From: an uncultured bacterium
Lineage (GTDB): Bacteria > Babelota > Babeliae > Babelales > Babelaceae
Length of the DNA stretch: 64,000 nt
Assembly (NCBI GenBank): GCA_963713855.1
Contig: OY970209.1
Coordinates: 1,184,001-1,248,000, forward strand
Direction of reading: 5' to 3'
In this document: one piece after another, positions 19,521 to 28,540 of the stretch
Position numbering within the stretch: position 1 is the stretch's first letter
How the letters are laid out: the number at the start of each line of letters is the position of its first letter
The notes under the pieces: model-generated
Database searches by the model: none
What the model was told of the DNA's origin: nothing
What the model saw: the letters and a program-made list of their open reading frames with translations, nothing else
Position numbers and translations under genes: made by a program

Positions 19521-20252
19521 TTATCGAAGTTGAGCGATTAAAGCCTCTTCGGCACGCTGAACTTTTTCACTGATGAGCTCAGCAAATTCCTCTGCTTCTT
19601 CAAGTCCTTCTTCATCAACTGCTGGTTGACCAAAGAATGAACCAAGAAGACCGCAGGTAGAGCCGAGGATTCCCCCAACAGAGCCTACCACCAAAGCTGT
19701 AGCAGCGTAAGCAGGCATGAAGGTAAGACCAAAAGAATACGCTAAGGATTGGTAAAGATAGGAAAGAGATCCGCCTATTAAAGCTCCGGCACCAAATCCA
19801 ACGACGCCTCCCGAAACTGCAGGAGCGAAGATGCTTGGCTTAGAACCTTTAACCATAACTAACTCTAAGCCATTAAGCGTGGTAAATGATGGCAGTATAA
19901 GAGTGCCCGATTTAAGCTGATCGGCGACATCTGCCAAAAGCTCGCAATAATTTTGAGCAGATTGCTCAAAGGCTTTTTGACGTCTTCTTAAAGAAGATCC
20001 TTGAACCGATGAAGCTGCTGCTTTAAAATAAGTTGAAAGTGCCTTTCGCACAGTTTTTTGAGATTTAGAAATTTCATTAATTGCACGATTAGAGTCCGTT
20101 ATAAGTGCTCTTCTTTTAGAACGCGGAGCAAATACAACTTCTTCAATTGTTGCTTCGTGTACATCCGAATCCAAGTCTTTATCTATAGCACTAATGTTAG
20201 CAAACGAGAGCGCCGTGACACATAACGCTATACTTTTGTTAAAGATATTCAT
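19521..20252 (-). CDS. Exported protein with glycine-rich hydrophobic hairpin
   Basis: Likely start MNIFNK (RBS gagga), signal peptide, GxxxG-rich hydrophobic segments. Confidence 0.7.
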   Translation of the reverse strand: MNIFNKSIALCVTALSFANISAIDKDLDSDVHEATIEEVVFAPRSKRRALITDSNRAINEISKSQKTVRKALSTYFKAAASSVQGSSLRRRQKAFEQSAQNYCELLADVADQLKSGTLILPSFTTLNGLELVMVKGSKPSIFAPAVSGGVVGFGAGALIGGSLSYLYQSLAYSFGLTFMPAYAATALVVGSVGGILGSTCGLLGSFFGQPAVDEEGLEEAEEFAELISEKVQRAEEALIAQLR

Positions 20253-20494
20253 GGTTATCCTCACTGTTAAGATGTAATTGAAAGTTTTTAAGCACATTCA
20301 ATTAATTTATTTGCAAATGTGCACTTTCAATTTTTGATTGTATATATATTTTTTCTTTTTTCAAGTTTTTGAAAATTTGACCGAATTTGAAAAATGTTTT
20401 AGCAAAGCCAATTTTGAAAATATGTTTCTTATTGAAAATGATGAGAATAGCTTCTACGCCATATGACGGTGAGCAAAAATCAATTTAAATAGCG

Positions 20495-21436
20495 TCACCG
20501 TGGGCTTAAGAGCGCGAGTATTTTGGGGCTTCTTTTATAAAGTTTTGCGATATCTAAAGGCGTATTTCCGATACAATCGCCTATTTTTAATGAGGAGCCT
20601 GCGCCTATCAGAAGTTGAATAAAATCAGCCTCGGCAAATGCAGCAGCCCAATGTAATGGGGTAAGACCGTCCGAATCTTGTGCATTGCCGGAAGCACCTT
20701 TTTGCATGAGCTTTTTTGCCAAAAAGTGCATATTTCTACGTGCAGCCCAATGCAAAGGTATTCTTTTGTCGTTATCGCTTATTGTCGCTGACGATCCTGC
20801 GTTAAGAAGTATATCGGCAGCTTTTTTTGCACCAAGCTGAATAGCGTGAACAAGTGGCGTTTGGCCATTCACATCTTGCGCATTTAGGTTTGCCTTGTAA
20901 GCAATAAGAAGCGCCATACTTTTTTCATCGCCGCTGCGAGCACTTTTGTGTAGCGGCGTTTCCTGATCGCGGTCTTTTGCTTCGATTGCAGCGTTTTTGC
21001 GTATAAGCACTTCTGCAGACTTAAAGCGCCTATAATAGGTAGCCTCATGCAATGGGGTTTTTTGTAAAGCGTCCAATGCGTTAACATCAGCGCCATTTTC
21101 GATCAAAAGCTCTACAATCGAAGGATTGTCTTGAAAAGAGGCTAAATGTAATGGTGTTTGATTAAAAGAATTAACAGCATTTACAAGAGCACCTTTGCTC
21201 AAAAGAGTTTTGACTATATCTTTATAACCATAAGCACTTGCAAGGTGCAAAGGCGTATTACCTACAGCATCTTTCGCATTGATATTTTTAGCTTGCCCCA
21301 TAAATGGCAAAATTTCATTCACATCACCTAAGGCAACAGCACAATGGAGAGCCTTGCATTTTTCTTCCCCTCTTTGGGCAAAGCTTAGCGCGCATGGGAT
21401 AATGGTGGCCGCAAAAACGTAAACGAAACTTTTCAT
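20495..21436 (-). CDS. Ankyrin-repeat protein (about 8 canonical repeats), signal peptide
   Basis: Repeated (G/Q)xTPLHxA. Start MKSFVY overlaps the upstream stop (TGATG). Confidence 0.93.
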   Translation of the reverse strand: MKSFVYVFAATIIPCALSFAQRGEEKCKALHCAVALGDVNEILPFMGQAKNINAKDAVGNTPLHLASAYGYKDIVKTLLSKGALVNAVNSFNQTPLHLASFQDNPSIVELLIENGADVNALDALQKTPLHEATYYRRFKSAEVLIRKNAAIEAKDRDQETPLHKSARSGDEKSMALLIAYKANLNAQDVNGQTPLVHAIQLGAKKAADILLNAGSSATISDNDKRIPLHWAARRNMHFLAKKLMQKGASGNAQDSDGLTPLHWAAAFAEADFIQLLIGAGSSLKIGDCIGNTPLDIAKLYKRSPKILALLSPR

Positions 21437-22491
21437 CAGATGCCTCCTAATATGCTCTTTAAAGAAAACGCTGAGCATGTTTTGTCCGTCTCACACTGTT
21501 CTTTGTAAAGGAGCGCCTTTTTTGCGCGTGTATTGAGCTTATTGATCAGCTTCATCGCATTTCCCTCTTCAACAAAGTCAAGCGCTAAGAAATTAGGATT
21601 TTTACCATACCCTAGCCCCTTTTTCTTGCAGAAATTAACAAGATCTTTAAGTGCATTATAGCTGTTATCTTTAGCACTTGCCGCTAAAGGACCTGTAAAT
21701 TGCCTAAAAAAGTTAATTAAAAGAAGATAGCGCTTCAAGTCTTTAAATGCTGCCGAATCATGTCGCTCAGCAGAGGCTTTTAACTTATCTACCGTACCGT
21801 ATTGAGATTCAATCATATAATGCCAACTATACCAAAACGGAAATGTATACCTATCTGGGTTATCTTTACGTGAAAAATCTGAACCTGTCTTATCTTCATT
21901 AAAAATAACAATTCTTTTGTTGCGAGCCCTCATCCATGAAAGTGTTGGCCATTTGCCATCGTGCTTAGAAGGATCCCAATCTTTTAGCTCTAACACCATA
22001 GGCAAAAAGCTTTCTAATGAGGCAATTTCCCCAGCCACTTTTTCATTATCTACGCGATTTTCTAAAAAAATAGTTACTATCTCAGAAGGGTGCTTATCGA
22101 GCCACTCTTTTATAGTAGTAAGCGTGCTTTTAAGCGTTTCATACTCGTGCTTGTTCCACAAAGCACCGGCTGCCTTACCAATCCCCTTTTGTAAGGTGTG
22201 TAGAGCACTGCACCCACCGTGGCACAGGCGTATTGACCCGTCCGGAAATTCGTGGGCATCAAGCATTATGCCACGCACACCATGGTCAAGCTGCTCTTCG
22301 ATACTCCATGTTTGCATCATATACCGCATCCAACCCTCGTTAAAATTGGCAAATGCATTATGGGCAGTTAAAAAAGATACCTCATCATAGCGAAGCTTTG
22401 AGTAAGGAAAAACCCACGCATCTAAACCGAGAGCTACGTTCGTGTATAAGACTAAGCATACACCTAATTTCTGAATTGTTCTTATATACAT
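21436..22491 (-). CDS. PI-PLC X-domain-like phosphodiesterase, exported
   Basis: TAHNAFAN, QLDHGVRGIMLDAH, LCHG, WLDKHPSEIVTIFLEN, WPTL..M...KRIVIF, NFLALDF. Confidence 0.85.
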   Translation of the reverse strand: MYIRTIQKLGVCLVLYTNVALGLDAWVFPYSKLRYDEVSFLTAHNAFANFNEGWMRYMMQTWSIEEQLDHGVRGIMLDAHEFPDGSIRLCHGGCSALHTLQKGIGKAAGALWNKHEYETLKSTLTTIKEWLDKHPSEIVTIFLENRVDNEKVAGEIASLESFLPMVLELKDWDPSKHDGKWPTLSWMRARNKRIVIFNEDKTGSDFSRKDNPDRYTFPFWYSWHYMIESQYGTVDKLKASAERHDSAAFKDLKRYLLLINFFRQFTGPLAASAKDNSYNALKDLVNFCKKKGLGYGKNPNFLALDFVEEGNAMKLINKLNTRAKKALLYKEQCETDKTCSAFSLKSILGGI

Positions 22492-22739
22492 AGTGTCTCA
22501 AAAATAATGTTTTTAATAGTTTAAAATAAAAATGGCAAAAAATACAATACTATAAGAATTTTTTAAGATATTTCGTCGATGTTTCAAAATAAAATAAATC
22601 TGCTATATATGTTAATGCACTTACTCTTTAACAAACATATATTTGCAAATTGACAAATATAACAGCCCAGATATAGTAAAAGTGAAGCCTAATGCATTTT
22701 GAAAAAGCGCTTTTATGCGTAGTCTTGAAAGGAATACCC

Positions 22740-23390
22740 TTGAAGAAATTTTTATTGCTGGGGCTTTTAATATCATCGTTGAGCGAGGCTTCCCAGGTTA
22801 TTATCATACGGCACGGTCAATCTGACCATAACGTCGAACATTTTCGAAGTTCTAATGAAAGTCATCCAAACTACCGTGTGTCACATTTAACAGCTCAAGG
22901 TAAACGCGAGGTTTTGCGATCTGCACGAGATCTTAAAGCTCGCTATCCGGGCATTACTCGCGTTTATGCCTCACCTCTTCCGCGTACGAAAGAAACTGCG
23001 CGTATCGTCATGAAAGAGCTAGGTATTCCTGATGGTAAGCTCTATATTGATATAAGGCTTACTGAAAAACAAGCTGGTGATCTTGAAGGTAGGCATATTT
23101 CTTACCGGTTACCCCACGCTCGAGGAATTGAGACACGTAAGAAAATAGAGGAAAGAGTGCGCTCGTTTCGTAAAATCCTGAATCCAAATGAAACCGTGCT
23201 CATTGTCACACACGCAGCACCTGCTACAGCACTTAATGAAGCACTAGATGGAAAAAGAAGCAGCTTTAAAACGGCCAGTTTTGTTGTTACCAGCTTAAAA
23301 ACTGCCAAGAAAAAGAAGAGCATACGCTCTAGAAGTACAACGGTGGCAGTAGTAAAGCACTTAAAAAACAAACGTTCAAAGCGCAAGTAG
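22740..23390 (+). CDS. Histidine phosphatase (phosphoglycerate mutase superfamily), signal peptide
   Basis: IIRHGQS, LT..G, YASPL.R..ETA, D.RL.E...G..EG, VLIVTH. Likely TTG start after RBS aaagga. Confidence 0.85.
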   Translation: MKKFLLLGLLISSLSEASQVIIIRHGQSDHNVEHFRSSNESHPNYRVSHLTAQGKREVLRSARDLKARYPGITRVYASPLPRTKETARIVMKELGIPDGKLYIDIRLTEKQAGDLEGRHISYRLPHARGIETRKKIEERVRSFRKILNPNETVLIVTHAAPATALNEALDGKRSSFKTASFVVTSLKTAKKKKSIRSRSTTVAVVKHLKNKRSKRK

Positions 23391-23395
23391 TGCTT

Positions 23396-24514
23396 TTAAG
23401 TGTTTTCATACTCTTTTTCTAGAAGTTCCAGATAAGGTGCAAACGTATAAAGCTTATTGCGCTTTTGTTCGGTGCTTTCCCTCAAGTACCCTAAATCCAC
23501 AAAAAGCCGAACAACGCTGTGAGCAGTGTTATAGGCCTTATTAAGGCGCGCGCTTACCTCTGTGATACTAATAACGGGCAACTGAAAGAATAAAGAAAGT
23601 GCCTTTAGTGCTGTTGGCCTGCCTCTACTAAAAGCTCTATCGCTCTCGATGGTTGCTCTCAGGTGTTTTTCAAGAGCCTCTATATCTTTTGCTCTCCGGT
23701 ACGCGTCCATACTACTATCTCGAATAGTTTTTAAGTAGTACACAAGCCACCCCTCAAAGTCTCCATTCGTTCTTACCGCATCAAGCCGCTGGTAGTACTC
23801 GAGGTGGTTCTTTTTTATGTAATATGAAGGATAGAGGATGGGAGCTGAAAGCAGTCCACCTTCTATAAGCATGAGAACAATTAAAAGCCGCCCTATACGG
23901 CCATTTCCATCAAGAAACGGGTGAATCGTTTCAAATTGCACGTGTACAAGGCCCGTTTTTATAAGAAGGGGAAGCCCATCCTCTCTATGCATATACGCTT
24001 CAAGTTCTGTCATAAGGCGAACGATTTGATTAGGCGGGCTTGGCAGCAAGTTGCCTACGCGTACCATCTGTTGACGATAGCTTCCCGGATGTGCGTGGCC
24101 TTCTAAAAGCTCTGAATGCGCCGCTAAAATAACTCTTGAAGACAGCGGAAGGCCTTCCTCCTGTATAAGTTGCAACCCAGTCTCAAGCGCTTTTGAGTAA
24201 TTAAGAATAAGGTTTGCATCTTTAGACGATTTTGTTTCAAGAAAAGGCTGCGTAAATACGTCGCCAAGCGTCGTATGGATGCCCTCAATAGCCGAAGATA
24301 AAAGAGCCTCTTTAATAACGTACGCTTTTATAAATCTTTTAATGTTAGGTAAATAGCGGGCCATCTCATTCAGTTGCCCCAACCGAAGCATAGCTTCGCC
24401 GTAAAGAACCGCAAGCTGGCCACCTAGCTCAAAAGGCGGATCTTTAGGCGGAAGAGGATCGGGTATAAAAAACTGCTTGTCGGCTAACGTTTCGTAATAG
24501 CCTGTTTTTCTCAT
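23396..24514 (-). CDS. Fic family protein (class II) with C-terminal HTH
   Basis: Catalytic HPFLDGNGRIGR and N-terminal inhibitory SSAIEG motif. Confidence 0.93.
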   Translation of the reverse strand: MRKTGYYETLADKQFFIPDPLPPKDPPFELGGQLAVLYGEAMLRLGQLNEMARYLPNIKRFIKAYVIKEALLSSAIEGIHTTLGDVFTQPFLETKSSKDANLILNYSKALETGLQLIQEEGLPLSSRVILAAHSELLEGHAHPGSYRQQMVRVGNLLPSPPNQIVRLMTELEAYMHREDGLPLLIKTGLVHVQFETIHPFLDGNGRIGRLLIVLMLIEGGLLSAPILYPSYYIKKNHLEYYQRLDAVRTNGDFEGWLVYYLKTIRDSSMDAYRRAKDIEALEKHLRATIESDRAFSRGRPTALKALSLFFQLPVISITEVSARLNKAYNTAHSVVRLFVDLGYLRESTEQKRNKLYTFAPYLELLEKEYENT

Positions 24515-24522
24515 AAAGTTCC

Positions 24523-24606
24523 TTATTTCACGGCAATGCTTGGTATTTGAAATTATTATACCTCGCTCGGATTTTTATTTCAATATTTATGGCTAAACTG
24601 AAATAA
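24523..24606 (-). promoter_or_regulatory. Sigma70 promoter of fic overlapped by two palindromic operator-like sites
   Basis: Minus strand TTGAAA (24578-83)-17 bp-TATAAT (24555-60). Palindromes ttatttca-N17-tgaaatta (24523-55) and ttatttca-N16-tgaaataa (24575-606). Confidence 0.6.
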
Positions 24607-24610
24607 CGAG

Positions 24611-24646
24611 AAAAAAGCCCGGATGTAAAGGAAATTACATCCGGGC
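24611..24646 (-). terminator. Intrinsic terminator of 24670..26472
   Basis: 12-bp stem gcccggatgtaa/ttacatccgggc followed by a U6 tract on the minus strand. Confidence 0.8.
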
Positions 24647-24669
24647 CGAAAATAGAGAGCAAAAATGTC

Positions 24670-26472
24670 TTAGCTCACTTTTGGAGCTTCCTCACTTTTA
24701 ACTTCAGGAGTTTCAGCTTTAACTTCGGGAGTTTCATCAACTTTCTCAATTACTTCTTCGTGTGTAAGATAGCCGTAAATTCTTTCAGAAAGGACTCCTG
24801 CAAAAGCGACGATAGCGCCAACGCCAACAGCAAGACGGCTTCTTGACCAACCCGTACTTACCGGAGCTGCCGGAGGTTGACTTTCAATAGAGTCACCGAC
24901 GCCTTTATTAGATTTATTCAGCTTATCTTTAAGCTTCTTTGTACCATCCTTAACCTTATTCGTAGCTTTTTCAAACGCTTTCTTAAGCTTTGAAGGTTTG
25001 TCATTGGTTGGTTGATCGTCTTTCTTATTTAGCTTCTTCTCGATCTCTGTGGGCTCACCGTTCGCAGGCGGAGCAAATTTCTCAGGCAATGTAGGATCAA
25101 GCTTACCCGGTACTATATTATTGCTTCCACTTTCCACTTCAGGAACAATCACAGCAACACCTATTGTATCACTTGTCCCCCGAACTCTGTCACCTGGTAC
25201 CGGGTCCTCTATCATTGAGTCAACATCAGTCAATAGGCCAACATCAGTCGCGTCATCATCACCTTCAACAACTGTCACAGGCTCTTGATCAGTTTCCGGC
25301 CTTATTTCTAGACTTGCCTCTAAAACTGAAGCCTCTTCAAGGTTAAAATCTTCCTCCGGGATATCTTTTGAAACTTCTTTTTCTTTTTCTCGTTCACGAG
25401 ATTCGCTTTGCACAGGTGCAGGGCGACGCCTTATTTGAGAAGTTCTGTCATCAAAAGGAACATTAAGAGCAGTTTCTATGCGAGAAAGCATGAGAGGTCG
25501 ACTCGCAGCGAGCATGCGAGGTGTTTGACCCTCCCTATTTGGTAAGTCAACAATACCTAGTAGAACAGTAGGGTCAACGTCTGCTAGAACAGCATACAAA
25601 AACAAAATCTGATCGCTCATGATAGCAAGATGTAAAGGCATATCTCCATTACGGTCGGCTCTCATGAGTACCGTGGGACAGGTTTCAATCATGCGTTTTA
25701 TAAGCTTGGTCAATGATTTAATATATTTCTTGATTCGCGATTTTGAAGAGCCCTCTTTAAAATGAATTTTTCGTAAGAGCATATGGAGCGGGGTCTTTCC
25801 GGCTTTATTTTTTCTATCAACTGGAACTCCCGCATCTAGCAATATATTTGCTATGTTAGGCAATCCTGCATGGATGGCCAGGTGAAGAGCAGAATTATCA
25901 CGAGCATCTACATGGCTCAGTATCTCAGGCATATTACGCACAAAATGCCTAACTATCCCCTCCCTGCCTGTACGTGAGGCAAGAAGAAAGAAAGTTTCTT
26001 GATTCCGATTCCTCAGAGTCGCGCCTTCAGGTCGCTCATGCAATAATACTGTTAACCCCCTTACGTTATTATTTATGACCGTGACGTGAAACGCTGAGTC
26101 TCCTTGATCGTTAACAGCTGCAAAATTTGCGCCAGCGTTAAGAGCGGCTAAGACATCTGTCACGGTAGCCTCAGAGTCTCTTGCTGCAGCTCGAAAAAGG
26201 AGATCATTTACTCCTTCGTGAGAGGCTAAACTTAAAGGTTTCGCCTCACCTCTCTTCTCTTTTTTCTCTTTTCTTGCTCTTTCTGTAGTTGGAGATCTTT
26301 TGACTGCGTCCGCTAACTTTCCACGCAATCCTGAAATAAAGCCACCCCGTTTAGGGGTTTCCGGCTTTTTGGGAGTTTCTTTGGGGTCATCTTCCCCACC
26401 TTCCATGGCCTTGAGAGGTTGAAGGGAGCATCCAATCAAGATCGCACCCAAAAGCATATGTTTTCTATTCAC
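24670..26472 (-). CDS. Ankyrin-repeat protein with signal peptide, acidic/Lys-rich tail and C-terminal TM helix
   Basis: Signal ending LKA-MEG. GDSAFH, DNSALHLA, GKTPLH, GDMPLHLA. TM segment LAVGVGAIVAFAGVL and a 21-bp tandem repeat (ETPEVK). Confidence 0.88.
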   Translation of the reverse strand: MNRKHMLLGAILIGCSLQPLKAMEGGEDDPKETPKKPETPKRGGFISGLRGKLADAVKRSPTTERARKEKKEKRGEAKPLSLASHEGVNDLLFRAAARDSEATVTDVLAALNAGANFAAVNDQGDSAFHVTVINNNVRGLTVLLHERPEGATLRNRNQETFFLLASRTGREGIVRHFVRNMPEILSHVDARDNSALHLAIHAGLPNIANILLDAGVPVDRKNKAGKTPLHMLLRKIHFKEGSSKSRIKKYIKSLTKLIKRMIETCPTVLMRADRNGDMPLHLAIMSDQILFLYAVLADVDPTVLLGIVDLPNREGQTPRMLAASRPLMLSRIETALNVPFDDRTSQIRRRPAPVQSESREREKEKEVSKDIPEEDFNLEEASVLEASLEIRPETDQEPVTVVEGDDDATDVGLLTDVDSMIEDPVPGDRVRGTSDTIGVAVIVPEVESGSNNIVPGKLDPTLPEKFAPPANGEPTEIEKKLNKKDDQPTNDKPSKLKKAFEKATNKVKDGTKKLKDKLNKSNKGVGDSIESQPPAAPVSTGWSRSRLAVGVGAIVAFAGVLSERIYGYLTHEEVIEKVDETPEVKAETPEVKSEEAPKVS

Positions 26473-26690
26473 GAAATCCTCGCTTTATTGATAGATTCTG
26501 ATTTACCAGGTTAAAACTAAACTAGTCATATTTTATCAGTAAAAAAATATTTTGTCTTCAATGACTTCTGCAGCCAATTCTTTCCATAAAGCCGATCAGG
26601 AAAGGAGATTCTTGAAGCTTACCCGTGGCATTAAGCCCAGAATTATAATTTATGATATAATAGAATTATCGATAAACAGGTGGAAAGATA

Positions 26691-27821
26691 ATGGAACCAT
26701 TAGCATCACGTATAAGGCCTACGAGTCTTTCAGAATTTATTGGCCAAGAGCATCTTGTGGGTAAGGGAAAGCCTTTACAAAGCGCCATAGAAAAAGAGCA
26801 TCTTTTTAGCTTCATTTTATGGGGACCACCAGGTGTTGGAAAAACTACCTTAGCTCGCTTATATGCAAAAGCTCTCGATGCAGCATATTACGAACTCTCG
26901 GCGGTTTCGGCTGGTAAAGACGCCATAAAAAAAGCCATCGAAGCTGATGATCAACAAAAACCAAAAGTTCTCTTTTTAGATGAGCTGCATCGCTTTAACA
27001 AAGCGCAGCAAGATTTTCTCTTGCCGTACGTCGAGTCTGGCATGCTCGTTCTTATTGGTGCTACCACCGAAAACCCGAGCTTTGAGGTTATACCAGCCTT
27101 ACTTTCGCGCTGCCAGGTTTTTGTTCTACGTGAGCTTAGCGAAGAAGAGCTTATCAAGATCCTTGATCGTAGCGGTATTACTATTGAACCTGACGCCAAA
27201 AAATGGCTAGCCCAGATAGCTAACGGAGATGCTCGTCAAGCGCTATCCATTGCTGCAAATGCTGCCGAGCTTTATAAGACAGTTACGCTAGAGACGATTA
27301 AGTGCACCTTACAAAAAAGCTTTCTTAAGTACGACAAAAAAGGTGAGGAGCATTACAATACCATTTCCGCTTTTATTAAATCGATGAGAGCTTCAGATGC
27401 TGACGCAGCTCTCTATTACCTTGCCCGTATGGTTGAGGCTGGCGAAGAGCCGAAATTTATAGCTCGGCGCATGGTCATATTCGCTTCAGAGGATATTGGA
27501 TTAGCCGATCCGCAAGCCTTAACGATCGCTACAAGCGTTTTTAGGGCAGTCGAAGTGCTAGGGTACCCCGAATGTGCTATATCTCTTTCGCATGGTGTTT
27601 GCTATCTTGCTCGCGCGCCAAAAAACAGAGCATCCTATAATGCATACTTTCAAGCCGTTAACGATGTTACTGCTCATGGCAATCTACCCATCCCACTTGT
27701 TATAAGAAACGCACCAACAAAGCTTATGAAGGATCTCGATTATGCAAAAGGGTATACGATGTACTCAAAAGAAAGTCTGTTGCCTGAAAAGCTTAAGGGT
27801 AAAAAGTACCTAAAAATCTAA
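26691..27821 (+). CDS. rarA: Replication-associated recombination protein A (RarA/MgsA AAA+ ATPase)
   Basis: PLASRIRP, GPPGVGKT, DELHRFNKAQQD, GATTENPSF, ISAFIKSMR.SD, ASEDIGLADP. Confidence 0.95.
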   Translation: MEPLASRIRPTSLSEFIGQEHLVGKGKPLQSAIEKEHLFSFILWGPPGVGKTTLARLYAKALDAAYYELSAVSAGKDAIKKAIEADDQQKPKVLFLDELHRFNKAQQDFLLPYVESGMLVLIGATTENPSFEVIPALLSRCQVFVLRELSEEELIKILDRSGITIEPDAKKWLAQIANGDARQALSIAANAAELYKTVTLETIKCTLQKSFLKYDKKGEEHYNTISAFIKSMRASDADAALYYLARMVEAGEEPKFIARRMVIFASEDIGLADPQALTIATSVFRAVEVLGYPECAISLSHGVCYLARAPKNRASYNAYFQAVNDVTAHGNLPIPLVIRNAPTKLMKDLDYAKGYTMYSKESLLPEKLKGKKYLKI

Positions 27822-27930
27822 ATTAGTTCTTCAAAGCTTTACAAATTTCTCAAATAGCTTGCCAAATACTTTAGAAAATATTAGCATGCATGCCTAGATA
27901 ACGGTAAATTTGAAAGGAAAAGCCTTGAAA

Positions 27931-28425
27931 ATGTATATAACGTCTCTCCTTTTACTTATGGGCGTTTCAATACCGCTTTTTGCAAATGAAGAACCTTGTG
28001 CGCAAAATAGTGGCGCCAAATGCACTGAAAGTAGGCTCTGTCAAAAGTTTGGTCAAACACTCAAAGCACTGACAACGAATTTTGATGAGAAAAGCGGTCT
28101 ATGCATAGCCAATGTTCAAAGTCCTCTTGGCAAAGTAAAAATGAAGGGAGCGAAAAATCTGTCAGCAAAATTGTCAACATTTACCTTCGAAAATACGCGT
28201 TCAAACGCATCTGGCCTCGTAACCGGCCAAATAGCTGTCCGAAGAAGAGATCTTTCAAAGGCTCTCGCGATTCTAAAAAAAGACCCAAAGATACGCGTTT
28301 CAACTACAAGACACTTTAGGCACGTACGTCCCCACATACGTTACATATACGTACAGGCTCCTAGAGATTACGTTATTCGCTTTGCACGTAAGATGCGAGC
28401 TGTTCTTGAAGCAGTAAAGCAATAA
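27931..28425 (+). CDS. Exported DUF1259 (LppY/LpqO)-like protein, divergent
   Basis: Recalled family resemblance: LCQKF..., FTFE, G(Q)IAV, I.VS..H...P.I.YIY, FARKMR.VL. The usual HNH motif is not intact. Confidence 0.5.
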   Translation: MYITSLLLLMGVSIPLFANEEPCAQNSGAKCTESRLCQKFGQTLKALTTNFDEKSGLCIANVQSPLGKVKMKGAKNLSAKLSTFTFENTRSNASGLVTGQIAVRRRDLSKALAILKKDPKIRVSTTRHFRHVRPHIRYIYVQAPRDYVIRFARKMRAVLEAVKQ

Positions 28426-28540
28426 GAGCTTAAAAGAGGGAAAAAGCCTTCCCCCCTTCTCGATACTTTCATTTTCGGAACGGACATGTTAAAGTGACAA
28501 AGTCACTTTGTCGAGAATGCTTTGCTATAAGGTAAAAGGG

